From assembly GCA_964359735.1 (NCBI GenBank), contig CAYHTZ010000002.1, positions 22,937 to 86,936 of the forward strand: a stretch of DNA of 64,000 nucleotides, written 5' to 3'. Position 1 is the first letter of the stretch, and each line of letters starts with the position of its first letter. The notes beneath the pieces were generated by a model. The model was not told where the DNA came from and made no database searches. It saw only the letters and a list, made by a program, of their open reading frames with translations. The stretch comes from an uncultured Candidatus Saccharibacteria bacterium. Lineage in GTDB: Bacteria; Patescibacteriota; Andersenbacteria; UBA10190. A program made the position numbers and the translations under genes. Positions 9,446-18,661 of the stretch are shown here, one piece after another.

Positions 9446-9691
9446 CTATAACTCAAAGTTTTTATTTCTAGCGAACGGGTGACAGTGGAGAAGACGCTTT
9501 AGGCCAACCACGAGACCTTTCGCTCCACGTTGCTGCACCGCCCGGTACGTATACTCAGAGCACGTTTCCTCAAATCGACATACTCCCAGCGGAAAAAGTA
9601 TCTTGACTACTCCGTGATCGGGCGAAAGCGTAGCTTGGTAGATCCTAATGATTCTAAGTAGAGTTCGCTGAAACAGTTTCGGGTTTTGCAT
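9446..9691 (-). CDS. yidD: Membrane protein insertion efficiency factor YidD.
   Basis: YQATLSP...CRFEETCSEY...HCHPF match YidD conserved motifs. Confidence 0.8.
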   Translation of the reverse strand: MQNPKLFQRTLLRIIRIYQATLSPDHGVVKILFPLGVCRFEETCSEYTYRAVQQRGAKGLVVGLKRLLHCHPFARNKNFEL

Positions 9692-9705
9692 TGAAGTTTT
9701 TCGTT

Positions 9706-10035
9706 TTACGTTTTGAATTTTGAGTTAGGCACAAGTTTGTCTAGGTGAGGCTGAAGAATTTTTTGGAGCTCTGTAAGGTTTTTCACGCGAAGAATCTCGG
9801 GCTTGGCCACTACCACCATATCATAGTCCGGGTTGGCTTTAAGGAAGCGACGAGCCGCCTCGCGCAAGAGGCGTTGGTAGCGGTGGCGAGAGACGGCCTG
9901 CGAGTGTACCTTTCTGCCCACAATACAGGCAACTTCACCCACTGCCGCTTGGCGCGGGAAGTAGTGGAGGCTTGCGACAGGGCTTTTGAGAGCATGGCCG
10001 TGTCTTAGAATGTAGCGGACTTTCAGGCTGTTCAC
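9706..10035 (-). CDS. rnpA: RNase P protein component.
   Basis: RnpA-like basic protein (LKVRYILRHGHAL...IVGRKVHSQAVSRHRYQRLLRE). GTG start overlapping the rpmH stop (GTGA). Confidence 0.85.
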   Translation of the reverse strand: MNSLKVRYILRHGHALKSPVASLHYFPRQAAVGEVACIVGRKVHSQAVSRHRYQRLLREAARRFLKANPDYDMVVVAKPEILRVKNLTELQKILQPHLDKLVPNSKFKT

Positions 10036-10166
10036 GCGAGAGGGGTAAGTTTGCGCCGCCCTTTTCGTCGGCGGCGGGCGATAACCTTGCTTTTCCTCTT
10101 ACTGGCCAGGAACCCGTGCCGCCGGGCGCGCCGGCGCTTGCTTGGTTGGTACGTTCGTTTTGGCAT
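10032..10166 (-). CDS. rpmH: 50S ribosomal protein L34. It is not in the supplied ORF track because it is only 44 aa.
   Basis: Minus-strand translation MPKRTYQPSKRRRARRHGFLASKRKSKVIARRRRKGRRKLTPLA is canonical L34. It lies immediately upstream of rnpA. Confidence 0.85.
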   Translation of the reverse strand: MPKRTYQPSKRRRARRHGFLASKRKSKVIARRRRKGRRKLTPLA

Positions 10167-10206
10167 ATGTATATCCTGCTGAGTTTTTCAACACTTTGTC
10201 AACATT

Positions 10207-10251
10207 TTATCCACAAGATGTGTTCGATAGAGCATACACGCCTGTGGATAA
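10207..10251. promoter_or_regulatory. Pair of perfect DnaA boxes in inverted orientation in the rpmH-dnaA spacer; candidate oriC or dnaA autoregulatory element.
   Basis: TTATCCACA at 10207-10215 and TGTGGATAA at 10243-10251. Confidence 0.6.
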
Positions 10252-10270
10252 CCATGGTAGCATCCAAAAG

Positions 10271-11680
10271 ATGGGTATGACTAACGAGCAACTATGGAAA
10301 GCGGCCCTTGACCAGCTCGAGCTTAAAATTAGCCAGGGAAACTACTTGGCTTGGTTCCGCCAGGCGAGGATTTCGCAGCGTCTTCCGAACGAAGTCACGA
10401 TTGAGGCTGGTTCTCCTTTTGCATACGAGTGGTTATCCAAGAAGTACCGCAATGTGATTCTGGAAGCGCTTCAAAGCTTGGACCGGGCTATTACCTCTAT
10501 CCGGTTTGCCGTGAACTCGAAGTCAGGCGGCCAGCGCACGCTCGGAAGAAAAAGCTTGCACTTGGTAGTCCAAAAACATCGGCCGGCTAACGAGCTGGTG
10601 CCACCAGCCGCGCCCGCTCCGGCTCGTCTTGTGGTCGGATCTCCCAAAGGGGGAGTACCTACAACGCTTAACCCCAAATACACTTTCGCAACGTACGTGA
10701 TTGGCCCCAGCAACGAGATTGCCCACGCGGCGTGCCAGGCGGTGGCGACTAACCCCGGCACTTCCTATAACCCTCTCTTCATTTATGGAGGGGTGGGGCT
10801 GGGGAAAACCCATCTCTTGCAAGCGGTGGGAAACGCGGTGATTGAAAAGGATTCGCGCAAGCAGATACTCTATGTCTCCTCAGAGCGGTTTGTGAATGAG
10901 TTTGTCGAAGCCATTCGCGAACAGAAAACCCAACAATTCCGCAAGCACTACCGAGACGTGGACGTGCTGATCATTGACGACGTACAGTTTTTGGCGGGAA
11001 AAGGGAAAACCCAAGAAGAACTTTTCCATACCTTTAACGCACTGTATGGGCAAAACCGTCAGATTATCTTGAGTAGCGACCGCCCGCCGACGGCTATCCC
11101 CACCTTTCAAGAACGGCTTTCCTCACGGCTCACGGGGGGGATGATCGTGGACATTAAGAAACCAGACTACGAGACTCGTTTGGCAATCCTAGAGGAAAAG
11201 GCTCAGACTCGGGGCATACAGATCGACCCAGAGGCGCTGGAGTTCATCGCAAAAAATGTACAAAACAACGTACGCGAGCTCGAAGGGGCGCTGAACCGAG
11301 TCTTGGGCCACAGCGAGGTACACAACCAGCGGGCGACACTCGAGTATACCAAGAAAGTTTTGGCTGACCTTCTCACCAGAACCTCCCACCGTGCGGTGGA
11401 CGCTAAACAAATCATCGATACGGTAAGCGTGTACTACAACCTGCCCACGGACGATTTATGTGGAAAGTGCCGTAAGAAAGAAATTGTACGCCCGCGGCAG
11501 ATTGCCATGTACCTGCTGCGCAAGGAAAGCAGTTTGTCCTTCCCTTCGATTGGGGAGTACTTCGGCGGGCGCGATCACACCACAGCCATGCATGCCTGCG
11601 ATAAAATTGAGAAGCTTTTGGAACACGACGAGGAACTATCACAAGAGATCTCCTTTTTGCGGGAGCGGCTTTATGCCTAA
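10271..11680 (+). CDS. dnaA: Chromosomal replication initiator DnaA.
   Basis: N-terminal MTNEQLWKAALDQLELKIS, an AAA+ core GGVGLGKTHLLQAVGN, and a C-terminal DnaA-box-binding domain. The start was set to the internal Met because the longer ORF would overlap rpmH on the opposite strand. Confidence 0.9.
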   Translation: MGMTNEQLWKAALDQLELKISQGNYLAWFRQARISQRLPNEVTIEAGSPFAYEWLSKKYRNVILEALQSLDRAITSIRFAVNSKSGGQRTLGRKSLHLVVQKHRPANELVPPAAPAPARLVVGSPKGGVPTTLNPKYTFATYVIGPSNEIAHAACQAVATNPGTSYNPLFIYGGVGLGKTHLLQAVGNAVIEKDSRKQILYVSSERFVNEFVEAIREQKTQQFRKHYRDVDVLIIDDVQFLAGKGKTQEELFHTFNALYGQNRQIILSSDRPPTAIPTFQERLSSRLTGGMIVDIKKPDYETRLAILEEKAQTRGIQIDPEALEFIAKNVQNNVRELEGALNRVLGHSEVHNQRATLEYTKKVLADLLTRTSHRAVDAKQIIDTVSVYYNLPTDDLCGKCRKKEIVRPRQIAMYLLRKESSLSFPSIGEYFGGRDHTTAMHACDKIEKLLEHDEELSQEISFLRERLYA

Positions 11681-11920
11681 GCTGAGGAAAAGATGGGGAG
11701 AACAGGAGGAAAGATTGGGAGTAGTGCGTAGGCGCTATTTTTCTTCCTCACCTTTTCAACAGATACACGCTTCTTATCCTCATGGCTTAGCTCTCTTATC
11801 CTCACCATTACCCACAGGAGTGGGTCCTCTACAGAGCAGTATTTTCTTCTTTTCCCGGTTTTTTCTTTCCCTGACTAGGACTAGGTCTATTTCTTTATTT
11901 ATTTTTTCTTAGTAGAAGCT
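11681..11920. other. dnaA-dnaN intergenic region with degenerate DnaA boxes and an AT-rich tract; candidate oriC with a DNA unwinding element.
   Basis: TTATCCTCA at 11774-11782 and 11796-11804 (one mismatch to the consensus), followed by the T-rich run 11840-11910. Confidence 0.45.
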
Positions 11921-13021
11921 GTGGAGTTTACCTGTACACAAGAGAACTTATCACAGGGGCTGGCTCAAGTAGTGCCAGTGACAGGCAGGAATACACAACT
12001 GCCAATCTTGCAAAATATTCTGGTGGAAGTGCGTGAAGGGGTACTCCACCTGACCGGAACTGACCTAGAGGTGGGGGTGCATGCGATTGTGGGAGGTAAG
12101 GCGGTCAAGGGCGGCAGCTGTGTGATCCCGGGGCGGCAGTTATTCGAGTATGTCCAACACCTGCCGGGCGAGAACCCCATTGAGCTCAAGCAAACAGGGA
12201 AAACGGTACTCGTAAGAACGCGAGGCTTCCGCGCGACGTTTCGGATAGCTGAGGCAGAAGACTTTCCGCTGCTGCCGGCGGTGGGTAACGAGACGGGGGT
12301 GAGTATCGATGCCCGTCTCTTGTGCCAGGGAGTAGGAGACGTGGTGTTCGCGGCCGCGCGGGAAGAAGCTCGTCCCGAGATTCACAGTGTCTACATGGCC
12401 GCGGAGGCAGGGGAATTGCGCTTGGCCGCGACTGACAGTTTTCGCCTGGCTGAGCGAGTCGTGCCGGTGGGAGGAATGAGTGGGAAGTTCTCCCTCCTTT
12501 TGCCACTGCCCACGGCTCAAGAGGTGGTACGGCTTTTTGCCACCCAAGCTTCGGTGCAGTTTGTTCCCCAAGAAACACTCATTATGTTTCGAGGAGAAGG
12601 GGTGGAACTTTCTTCCCGCCTACTGGATGCTACCTACCCAGACTACCAGCAGATCATCCCCCAAAGCTCACAGACACGAGTGGCAGTTGACCGGGAGAAA
12701 CTCACCAGGGCGCTCAAGACATTGGTGGTGTTTTTGCCGCGCGACTCCCGCCGGCTCAAGCTGCACGTTCGGCCAGACCAAGGCCAGCTCAACTTAGGTG
12801 TGGTGGGGGGAGAGGCGGGAGAGGGAGAGGTTACGCTCGAGGCAGAGATCCAGGGAGAAGCGCAAGAGCTCTTGCTTAACGTGCAGTATCTGCTCGAAGG
12901 AGCCCAGCACGTCACGAGCGAGAAAGTGGAGATGGCCTGCAGCGGCCCGGAAGCGCCGGTGGTATTTCGCCTGCTGGGGGGCAGCGGGTATGTGTACGTG
13001 GTAATGCCGATTCAGGCGTAA
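11921..13021 (+). CDS. dnaN: DNA polymerase III beta sliding clamp.
   Basis: MEFTCTQENLSQGLAQVVPV...LPILQNILVEV is a canonical DnaN N-terminus, with a three-domain length. GTG start. Confidence 0.9.
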   Translation: MEFTCTQENLSQGLAQVVPVTGRNTQLPILQNILVEVREGVLHLTGTDLEVGVHAIVGGKAVKGGSCVIPGRQLFEYVQHLPGENPIELKQTGKTVLVRTRGFRATFRIAEAEDFPLLPAVGNETGVSIDARLLCQGVGDVVFAAAREEARPEIHSVYMAAEAGELRLAATDSFRLAERVVPVGGMSGKFSLLLPLPTAQEVVRLFATQASVQFVPQETLIMFRGEGVELSSRLLDATYPDYQQIIPQSSQTRVAVDREKLTRALKTLVVFLPRDSRRLKLHVRPDQGQLNLGVVGGEAGEGEVTLEAEIQGEAQELLLNVQYLLEGAQHVTSEKVEMACSGPEAPVVFRLLGGSGYVYVVMPIQA

Positions 13022-13036
13022 GGGACAGCAGGGGGT

Positions 13037-14167
13037 ATGAATATCAAAACACTTTCGCTCCGCAACTTTCGTAACTTTGAACATGTCGAAGAGCTCACAT
13101 TCCCAATAGCCAGCCTGTTGGTGGCGGCCGCACCGAACGCCACGGGGAAGACAAACTTCCTGGAAGGCTTGGTGGTGCTGCTGCGCGGCAAATCGTTCCG
13201 GGCGCAGCTTTCCGAGTGCGTGCGCTGGGGCGAGGGAGAGGCAGTGGTTCGGGGAAGAGTAGAAACGGCCAGAGGGGGAGTGTCTCTCGCAACCAGCTAC
13301 CAGGTGGAGAACCGCCGGCTCAGAGTAGAAGAAAATGGGGAGGTAGCCTCTCCGGTGGAGATGTACTCTCAGTACCCCCTAGTCTTGTTCTTACCCGACG
13401 ATACTTTCCTGTTCATGAGGGGCCCTTCAGCGCGGCGCAATTTTCTGAACCACGTCTTGATTAGCCAACCCCACTACCTTTCCGCGCTGGTTCAGTACCA
13501 CCGGGCTCTCAAGCAGCGTAACGCTGCGTTGAAGGGCTCGGCGCGATGGGAGGACATAGAGCCATGGACTCAGGCGGTGGTACAGCATGGGGAACGCGTT
13601 TGGAAGGAGCGGCAGAAGTTTAGTGAGTTTCTGGCGAGCCACACCGAGCGCATCTACCAAGAGATTATGGGAGAAAAGCTGCAACTCACCGTACGGTTTG
13701 TGCCAGGGGCGAAGAAACCAGATCAATTTCGAGAAGTTCTCGAGGCGACGTGGACAGACGAGCGACGGTACCACTATACCTTGGCGGGACCACATCGGGA
13801 CGACTTGGAAGTATTCTCTGATGGGCGACTGGTGCAGTCAGTATTATCGCGTGGGCAAATTCGGGGGCTCACGGCGGCGCTCAAGTTTGCCAGCTGGCAC
13901 TTCTTGCGGCAGGTGACAGGAGAGGCGCCACTGCTTTTGCTGGATGAGGTTTTAAGCGAACTGGATGAGGCGCGCCAAGAAAAATTGCTCTTGCACCTCC
14001 CCCCAGGGCAGGTACTTCTCACTTGCACCAAGGTCCCCAAGATTCTGCGCGACCTTTCCCAGGTGAAGTTCCTAGATCTGCGCGCGATTATTGCCGAGGG
14101 CCACGGGGAGTCTCCTCCCCGCCACGAAACAGAGGTAGTAAAAGAGCGGGCAGAAGTTAGAAGCTAG
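13037..14167 (+). CDS. recF: DNA replication and repair protein RecF.
   Basis: LSLRNFRNFE...APNATGKTNFLEGL Walker A and the RecF family layout. Confidence 0.9.
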   Translation: MNIKTLSLRNFRNFEHVEELTFPIASLLVAAAPNATGKTNFLEGLVVLLRGKSFRAQLSECVRWGEGEAVVRGRVETARGGVSLATSYQVENRRLRVEENGEVASPVEMYSQYPLVLFLPDDTFLFMRGPSARRNFLNHVLISQPHYLSALVQYHRALKQRNAALKGSARWEDIEPWTQAVVQHGERVWKERQKFSEFLASHTERIYQEIMGEKLQLTVRFVPGAKKPDQFREVLEATWTDERRYHYTLAGPHRDDLEVFSDGRLVQSVLSRGQIRGLTAALKFASWHFLRQVTGEAPLLLLDEVLSELDEARQEKLLLHLPPGQVLLTCTKVPKILRDLSQVKFLDLRAIIAEGHGESPPRHETEVVKERAEVRS

Positions 14168-14246
14168 AATTTGGAAGTTGGAATTTAGAGTTCATCTTCG
14201 CTATTCTTATTCTAGATTCCATATTCCACATTCAATATTCCAAGTC

Positions 14247-14516
14247 ATGCTTCAACCTCTTTCAAACTTCCTTCACGAGAAAAAAGGCCAAAGAGCGTGG
14301 GACGAATCAGACGCGCGCCATTTCATTCAGAAATGGCTCCGAGAGACGACGCACACTCAGCACGTCTACTGCGAGCGCTTTGGGCAGGGAGTAGCCACCG
14401 TGCGCGCTGCCTCGGCGGCCGTGAGGCAGGAAGTAGCACTGTCTGAGGCGGATCTTAAGAAGGCCTTTCGGAAAGCCGGGGGGCGCACTCTCGCGCGCCT
14501 CGTGGTTACTCAATAG
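14247..14516 (+). CDS. Small DUF721/DciA-like protein in the conserved position after recF.
   Basis: About 90 aa basic protein at the position downstream of recF; weak resemblance to the DUF721 pattern. The start was placed at the internal Met. Confidence 0.4.
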   Translation: MLQPLSNFLHEKKGQRAWDESDARHFIQKWLRETTHTQHVYCERFGQGVATVRAASAAVRQEVALSEADLKKAFRKAGGRTLARLVVTQ

Positions 14517-17379
14517 TCACCGTATGCCTGGCGGATTCGGTGAAGTTGCCCGTTTTGTCGTAGGCAACGGCGTAGATTTCGTAGGTGCCTTTCCCCGGGG
14601 CATCGTCCCAGGTAACTTCGTACCGGTTGGGGGCAGTCGGGGCGAGGGTGGTTGTTCGGCCCACGCGTCTGGTGCTGCTATCGCCTTCTTTGCGGTAGAG
14701 GAAGTCGACGACATCAATGCCGCTGGCATCGGTGGCCGTAGCCTTTAAGACGTAGGGGAAGTTGGAGTCTCTCAACGTGGTACCGTTTTGTGGCGTGTGG
14801 AGAATAACGCTGGGGGGTGCATCATCGGGATTAATAATGAAGGTGCGGTGAGCCAAGCCGATGAGATTATTTTCGGTGATAGCTTGGACGACGAGCGTCA
14901 TGCGTCCTGAGAAGCCATCGGGGTAGCTGAAGGCAGCCACAAAGTCATCGTCTTTGCCGCGGCGCGCAATCTCTTGGCCTTCCACTACGAATCGCACTTC
15001 ACGCAGCTCATGCTCAGACTCGACTTCAACTTCGATAGTGACCGGGCTTTCAGTGATGATGGTGGTGTCGGGCTCGACGATTTTTACTTGCGGTATTTCT
15101 CCCTCACTACTCACATTGCAGACGGCTTCGGGTAGAGAAGGAACATACAAAGGCTCTTCAGGCTTATCTTTGTTTTCGGCATTGTGCTTGTCCCGCCAGG
15201 CAGCCACCGCACCTTCCCATTGGTTGAATTGGGGATCAGCCTCGGCATGGGCGGGTGGTGGGCCGAGGGGGTTGGTGCGTCGGACGTAGTACAAAATACT
15301 ATGCAGTTCTTTGATGGTTCGTTCTTGTCCCAAGGCGACAGGGCATTCGAGACTATAGAGTGTGTTGGTCTCGCTCGCCCACTTGCCTTTGACTTCCGGA
15401 AGTTGGTTGCGCAGTGCCCCATGAGGAATGTCCCGCAGCGGGGCGGGAGAAGTAAATTGCTCAATGGGGCTCCCCTTTAAAGCTTCTCTCATGAACGCAT
15501 TCCAAATTGGTCCCGCTACTACCACCCCGTCAGAGCGGCTACCCATCGGCGAGTTATCGTTGTTGCCTACCCACACGCCGGCGACGAGGGAGGGGGTAAA
15601 GCCCATGGTCCAACCATCTCTAAACTCTTGGGCTGTACCGGTTTTGGCAGCTACCGGGCGGCTGCCTAGTTGCAGGGGGCTGCCTCCCCCAAAGATCATG
15701 GCGCGGGCGCCGTTATCGGAGAGAATGTTGGTAACCTGACGGGCAATTTGGGGGCTTAACACCTCTTCGGGAGTACGCTCTTCTTTTTCGGCATCAAACA
15801 GAACTTCGCCCGAAGTGCTCTCCACCTTGAGGACAGCGCGGTGGGGGAAACGAACGCCTTCATTGGCGAATACACCGTAGGCGGAAACTTCGTCGATGAG
15901 GCGCACCTCGCCGCCACCCAAGACAAGAGACAGCCCATAGCGATCAGGATCGTTCAAGGAGGCCATGCCCATTTTCTGAGCGAGATCGGTGGCGCGGCGC
16001 ACATCGGCGAGGTAGAGAGTTTGCACAGCGGGAATGTTAAGAGAGTTAGCCAAGGCTTGGCGCATGGTCACTGGGCCGTGTTCGCGTAAGTTGTAATTCT
16101 TGGGACGATAGCCTTTGCCGAAATCAGTTTCGGCATCCACCAGCACGGTGTCGGGAGTATAGCCGCGCTGGAAAGCGGCGGCGTACACGAATGGTTTGAT
16201 AGAGGAACCGGGAGAGCGGTGGCGGACAGCAACGTTGACGTTGCCGTCGATTTCTTCGTTGAAGTAATCGATGGAGCCCACCATGGAGAGGACGTCACCG
16301 CTTTTTGGGTCAAGCGCCACCATGGCTGCGTTCGAGGCGCCTAACTTCTTCAGCCGGTCTTGGTGAGTCTTCAGCGTTTCCTCAGCGATCGTTTGCAGGC
16401 GCATATCGAGCGTGGTGGTAACCTTTAATCCCCCTTGTTCAACCACCCGCTGTCCGTACTGGTTTTCGAGGAGTTCTTTGATATAGAAAACAAAGTGAGG
16501 GGCACGAATGGATTCCCGCGGGGGAGCAAACTCCAAGGGTTCATTCTTCGCTTTGTCAGCTTCGTCGCGCGAAATAAAGTTCAGCTCGACCATGCGGTTT
16601 AGGATGTGCTCTTGGCGGGCTTTTAAGTCTTCGAAGTGGGAACCGTGCGGCGAGTAGTAGCTGGGCGCTTTGGGGAGCGCGGCTAAGGTGGCGGCCTGGG
16701 AGAGATTGACATCGCGGGCGGATTTTCCAAAAAACTGTTGGCTGGCGGCCTCTACTCCGTAGGCTTGGCTGCCGTACGGAATATCGTTCAGATACATTTC
16801 CAGAATTTGATCTTTGTTGAAGCGCTGCTCCAGTTCAAGGGCCAACACGGCTTCCTTGACTTTACGCTGCAGGGTCCGCTCCGGAGTTAAGATCGAATTC
16901 TTGATAAGCTGTTGCGTGATGGTAGACCCCCCTTGCAGGCTGCCGCCCCGTATGTTGACCAGCACGGCGCGCAGAATGCCTTGGAAGTCGAGGCCGTGGT
17001 GTTCGTAGAACTGGTCGTCTTCAGCGGTAAGAGTCGATTTCACGAGATGAGGAGACACTTGGGACAGAGGGACGCGGGTGCGGTGAATGTCGCCAATCTC
17101 GTACAAGAGGTGGGAGCCAGTGGCATCAAAAATTTTCGTGGATTCGGAGATACGGCGGGCGTCGATCGTTTGGGGATCCGGTAAGTCCTTGCTCCACCAG
17201 AGTACCGTGGTAGCGCCAATGAGGAAGAATGCCCCGAGAGCTATAGCCCCGTAGCGCAGGAGTTTGCGGCGAGGCAGCCGGTAGAGCCTGCGCAAGCGCT
17301 CGTGGGGGCGGTTGAAGCGACGGAGAGGCATAGAGGAAGCTCGTGCTCTACTATGACGGTAAGCGTTTGCTTGGGTCAA
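14506..17379 (-). CDS. Class A penicillin-binding protein (GT51 transglycosylase plus transpeptidase) with a C-terminal Ig-like/beta-sandwich extension.
   Basis: EDDQFYEHHGLDFQGILRA...GGSTITQQLIKN is the GT51 signature; SxxK/SxN-type transpeptidase region. About 250 aa of extra C-terminal beta-rich sequence. Confidence 0.85.
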   Translation of the reverse strand: MTQANAYRHSRARASSMPLRRFNRPHERLRRLYRLPRRKLLRYGAIALGAFFLIGATTVLWWSKDLPDPQTIDARRISESTKIFDATGSHLLYEIGDIHRTRVPLSQVSPHLVKSTLTAEDDQFYEHHGLDFQGILRAVLVNIRGGSLQGGSTITQQLIKNSILTPERTLQRKVKEAVLALELEQRFNKDQILEMYLNDIPYGSQAYGVEAASQQFFGKSARDVNLSQAATLAALPKAPSYYSPHGSHFEDLKARQEHILNRMVELNFISRDEADKAKNEPLEFAPPRESIRAPHFVFYIKELLENQYGQRVVEQGGLKVTTTLDMRLQTIAEETLKTHQDRLKKLGASNAAMVALDPKSGDVLSMVGSIDYFNEEIDGNVNVAVRHRSPGSSIKPFVYAAAFQRGYTPDTVLVDAETDFGKGYRPKNYNLREHGPVTMRQALANSLNIPAVQTLYLADVRRATDLAQKMGMASLNDPDRYGLSLVLGGGEVRLIDEVSAYGVFANEGVRFPHRAVLKVESTSGEVLFDAEKEERTPEEVLSPQIARQVTNILSDNGARAMIFGGGSPLQLGSRPVAAKTGTAQEFRDGWTMGFTPSLVAGVWVGNNDNSPMGSRSDGVVVAGPIWNAFMREALKGSPIEQFTSPAPLRDIPHGALRNQLPEVKGKWASETNTLYSLECPVALGQERTIKELHSILYYVRRTNPLGPPPAHAEADPQFNQWEGAVAAWRDKHNAENKDKPEEPLYVPSLPEAVCNVSSEGEIPQVKIVEPDTTIITESPVTIEVEVESEHELREVRFVVEGQEIARRGKDDDFVAAFSYPDGFSGRMTLVVQAITENNLIGLAHRTFIINPDDAPPSVILHTPQNGTTLRDSNFPYVLKATATDASGIDVVDFLYRKEGDSSTRRVGRTTTLAPTAPNRYEVTWDDAPGKGTYEIYAVAYDKTGNFTESARHTVTIE

Positions 17380-18655
17380 CTAGAAATCCGCGGATATCGC
17401 GGCGTCCAATAATCATGTCATAGCGCATAGTAGAACGGTCTGAGAGAAACACCTGGGTACGTACGGGGTGGCCATGGAGTTCAAAGGCGAGGTTGACGAC
17501 GGGGCGTGTTTCGGCTCCCAGGGAGGCGCGAACTGGTTTGTAGTCTACGATGGGCCGGTCCAAGCTAAATTTTTGGGCTAGTTCCCGGTCGAGCGCAGTA
17601 CGGTAGGCCCCAGTGTCGATTTTTGCCTTCAGAATATGGGGAGCACCTTCGCTGTCATAGATCGTGACTGCCTCTTCAATGCCGACGACGCTGCGGCCGG
17701 TGGTATCTTCAATTTCCTCGGTGTCGAGGCCAAAGAGACTTTTAGCCAGCCGTACGCCCTTCTCAGGCGTTTTGACGCTGAGTCCTTCTATCCGACGCAG
17801 GCGCGACTGGAGCGGAGCAAAGTTGGCAAATTGAATTTCGAGTCCGGGCCGGGCATTGATTTCTAACACCATCGGGCCATCGTCTCGGTCGAGGGCGACG
17901 TCAACGCCGGCATACTTGAGTCCGCACGCGTCCGCCGCAGCGACGGCAATTTGCAGGGTCTTGTCCCACTCTGGCAGGTGAATGCCTGAGAGCCGCAAGC
18001 GGCTGCCGGGGAGAGTGTCGAGAGCGCGGCTACGCTGGATGGCGGTGGTGGTAAGACCGAGTGGAATATCGATGCCTACCCCAATGCCGCCGGCGTGCAG
18101 ATTGGCGCGGCCGCGAGAGGCAGCCGTTGCCAAGCGCAACATAGCCATCACGGGAATGGAGTTATACACGAGTACTCGCACGTCAGGGATACCTTGTATG
18201 CTGTAGGGCTTGAGTGCCGCATGTACCTTCACGCGCTGTTCGAAGAAGGCAATATCAGGCACGTTCCCCTTCGAGAAGCGTCCATCCAGAATGTCGAGGG
18301 CGTGGTCTCTGAGCTCTGGGATAAACACTTCAGTTTTGTCCGCCTTGACCCAGTTGCCTTTCTTGTTGCGTCCGAAGACGACCAAGATGCCGCCTCCTCC
18401 TGAGGAGGCATTGGGTTTTAACACAAAGGAGGCGGGCAGCTTCGTCCAACGGAAGCGGGAAAGCTCACGCCGCGAACGAATGGTGGCGTAGAGCCGAGGA
18501 GTCGGAATGCCGGCGCGCTGCAGAGCGCGCTTGGTAGCTAGTTTGCGGTTAGCCAGGCGGATGGCGCTGGGAGTATTAGATTTTTTTACGTACAGAAGAG
18601 CGCGGGCGTTCATTCCTAAGACATCTCCCCAGCGTTTCGAAATGAGCGGCGCCAT
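17351..18655 (-). CDS. RimK-like ATP-grasp ligase fused to a C-terminal retropepsin-like domain (COG4067/DUF785, putative ATP-dependent zinc protease).
   Basis: ATP-grasp motifs (FVLKPNASSGGGGILVV, ANLHAGGIGVGID, MVLEINARPGLE). The C-terminal AKIDTGAYRTALD...YDMIIGRRDI is retropepsin-like. Confidence 0.6.
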   Translation of the reverse strand: MAPLISKRWGDVLGMNARALLYVKKSNTPSAIRLANRKLATKRALQRAGIPTPRLYATIRSRRELSRFRWTKLPASFVLKPNASSGGGGILVVFGRNKKGNWVKADKTEVFIPELRDHALDILDGRFSKGNVPDIAFFEQRVKVHAALKPYSIQGIPDVRVLVYNSIPVMAMLRLATAASRGRANLHAGGIGVGIDIPLGLTTTAIQRSRALDTLPGSRLRLSGIHLPEWDKTLQIAVAAADACGLKYAGVDVALDRDDGPMVLEINARPGLEIQFANFAPLQSRLRRIEGLSVKTPEKGVRLAKSLFGLDTEEIEDTTGRSVVGIEEAVTIYDSEGAPHILKAKIDTGAYRTALDRELAQKFSLDRPIVDYKPVRASLGAETRPVVNLAFELHGHPVRTQVFLSDRSTMRYDMIIGRRDIRGFLVDPSKRLPS

Positions 18656-18661
18656 AGAGCG

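Noticed and set aside
10142-10270. N-terminal 43-aa extension of dnaA suggested by the ORF track.
   Set aside because: It would overlap rpmH on the opposite strand and the DnaA-box region. The internal Met at 10271 gives a canonical DnaA N-terminus.
12140-12578. Minus-strand ORFs within dnaN and recF (also 13427-13795, 13774-14040).
   Set aside because: Antisense shadows of strongly supported replication genes.
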